NCBI GenBank assembly: GCA_002170395.1
Contig: NHEJ01000007.1
Location: 215,441 to 279,440 of the forward strand
DNA from: Betaproteobacteria bacterium TMED82
GTDB taxonomy: Bacteria; Pseudomonadota; Gammaproteobacteria; Burkholderiales; Burkholderiaceae_A
Direction: 5' to 3'
DNA length: 64,000 nucleotides
Below, one piece after another: positions 63,404 to 64,000 of this stretch (the stretch's first letter is position 1; each line of letters starts with the position of its first letter). The notes beneath the pieces were generated by a model that ran no database searches, was not told the DNA's origin, and saw nothing but the letters and a program-made list of their open reading frames with translations. The position numbers and the translations under genes are program-made.

Positions 63404-64000
63404 TTATCCAAGCTACTGTGGTATCGTCTTTTTTTAAAAAACCCTCTGATCTCTCCTTTATCACCCAATTATAAAACTCTATGTTACTCTTTTTTAAAAT
63501 GTTAATAGCGAGAGTAGTATAGCCATTATTACTAAGATTCAAAACCCTCTGTGCGATAGCATCTGTTAAAAGGAAAATTTCACCATTTAAAATTTTATTT
63601 TTTTTTATTTTCACATAAGACCATTGCTGATTTAGCTTTTCAAAGAAAAGAGTATCCTCTTTCATTTGGTTACAAAGTAATAGTGGCTTTTTCTTAAAAT
63701 CATAATTTATATCTATGAAAAATGAATTCAATAGAGAATTTTGATCCCTCCATATTACAACTGTATCTCCAATTGCTAAAATCTCAATAGTGGTTCCATG
63801 ATCGATTACCCCAATGAGAGTTGCATAGCTGCCTCTTTTAAAAGAAGCCTCTTGGGACCAACTTAAAGTTTTTACAGAGTAAAATTTCTCAAATTCTGTC
63901 CTAGCGATCTTAATTAAATTTTTAATTTCCTTTAATTTATAGAAGGTTCCTCTGTTAACACGGCGAGCATTTTTCGTAAACGTTTCGCAGAGAATCCAAG
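63384..64000 (-). CDS. PP2C-like protein phosphatase (PP2C_2-type), C-terminal about 205 aa; the 5' end lies outside the window
   Basis: The frame stays open upstream of the track start at 63731, which is an internal TTG, all the way to the window edge. The translation ...GSYATLIGVIDHGTTIEILAIGDTVVIW...IFLLTDAIAQ...KKDDTTVAWI shows the PP2C metal-binding GD, TD and DD(T)T motifs. The 3' end overlaps the kinase start by 20 nt. Confidence 0.65.
   Translation of the reverse strand, partial: WILCETFTKNARRVNRGTFYKLKEIKNLIKIARTEFEKFYSVKTLSWSQEASFKRGSYATLIGVIDHGTTIEILAIGDTVVIWRDQNSLLNSFFIDINYDFKKKPLLLCNQMKEDTLFFEKLNQQWSYVKIKKNKILNGEIFLLTDAIAQRVLNLSNNGYTTLAINILKKSNIEFYNWVIKERSEGFLKKDDTTVAWINVDAAT

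Noticed and set aside
1-64000. CRISPR arrays, IS elements or transposases, prophage genes, toxin-antitoxin pairs, restriction-modification genes and rRNA.
   Set aside because: I scanned intergenic regions and the ORF translations. I saw no repeat-spacer periodicity, no DDE/HUH/integrase motifs, no small paired ORFs with TA-like features and no rRNA-like conserved stretches.

Overview
This is a gene-dense, AT-rich chromosomal core segment with about 57 protein genes and one tRNA. I saw no rRNA, CRISPR, transposase, integrase or prophage signal. The synteny blocks kdsA-eno-ftsB, dapA-bamC, lptG-lptF/pepA-holC-valS and ispH/rpmB-rpmG point to a betaproteobacterium. The right half carries an NAD-linked formate dehydrogenase, pqqABCDE, mtkAB-mcl and a lanthanide-type xoxF, which indicates a methylotroph. 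It is plausibly a genome-streamlined Methylophilaceae/OM43-like lineage, but that is inferred from remembered family motifs because no database search was possible. Genes are packed with many 1-47 nt overlaps, and only one convincing intrinsic terminator is visible. The items most worth a second look, in order: (1) An 1820-aa single-chain tandem UvrA with four intact ABC ATPase modules. Its two halves have lost different accessory domains, and it sits directly behind glnS and a quinone reductase. (2) A translationally coupled PP2C-like phosphatase and atypical Ser/Thr-kinase pair at the right edge. It looks like a TerY-P/yegLKI-type module, has an unassigned C-terminal domain of about 185 aa, and its upstream partner lies outside the window. 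(3) An ABC-2 exporter translationally coupled to pqqE, which makes it a candidate PQQ exporter. (4) A btaA-btaB-like betaine-lipid operon. (5) The serine-cycle genes mtkAB-mcl in an otherwise RuMP-type lineage. (6) A glnS gene with no ATG/GTG/TTG start available. Three real genes are missing from the ORF track because they are shorter than 60 aa: pqqA, rpmG and possibly a 47-aa membrane peptide. Several track ORFs start at internal or upstream alternative codons and were re-trimmed.
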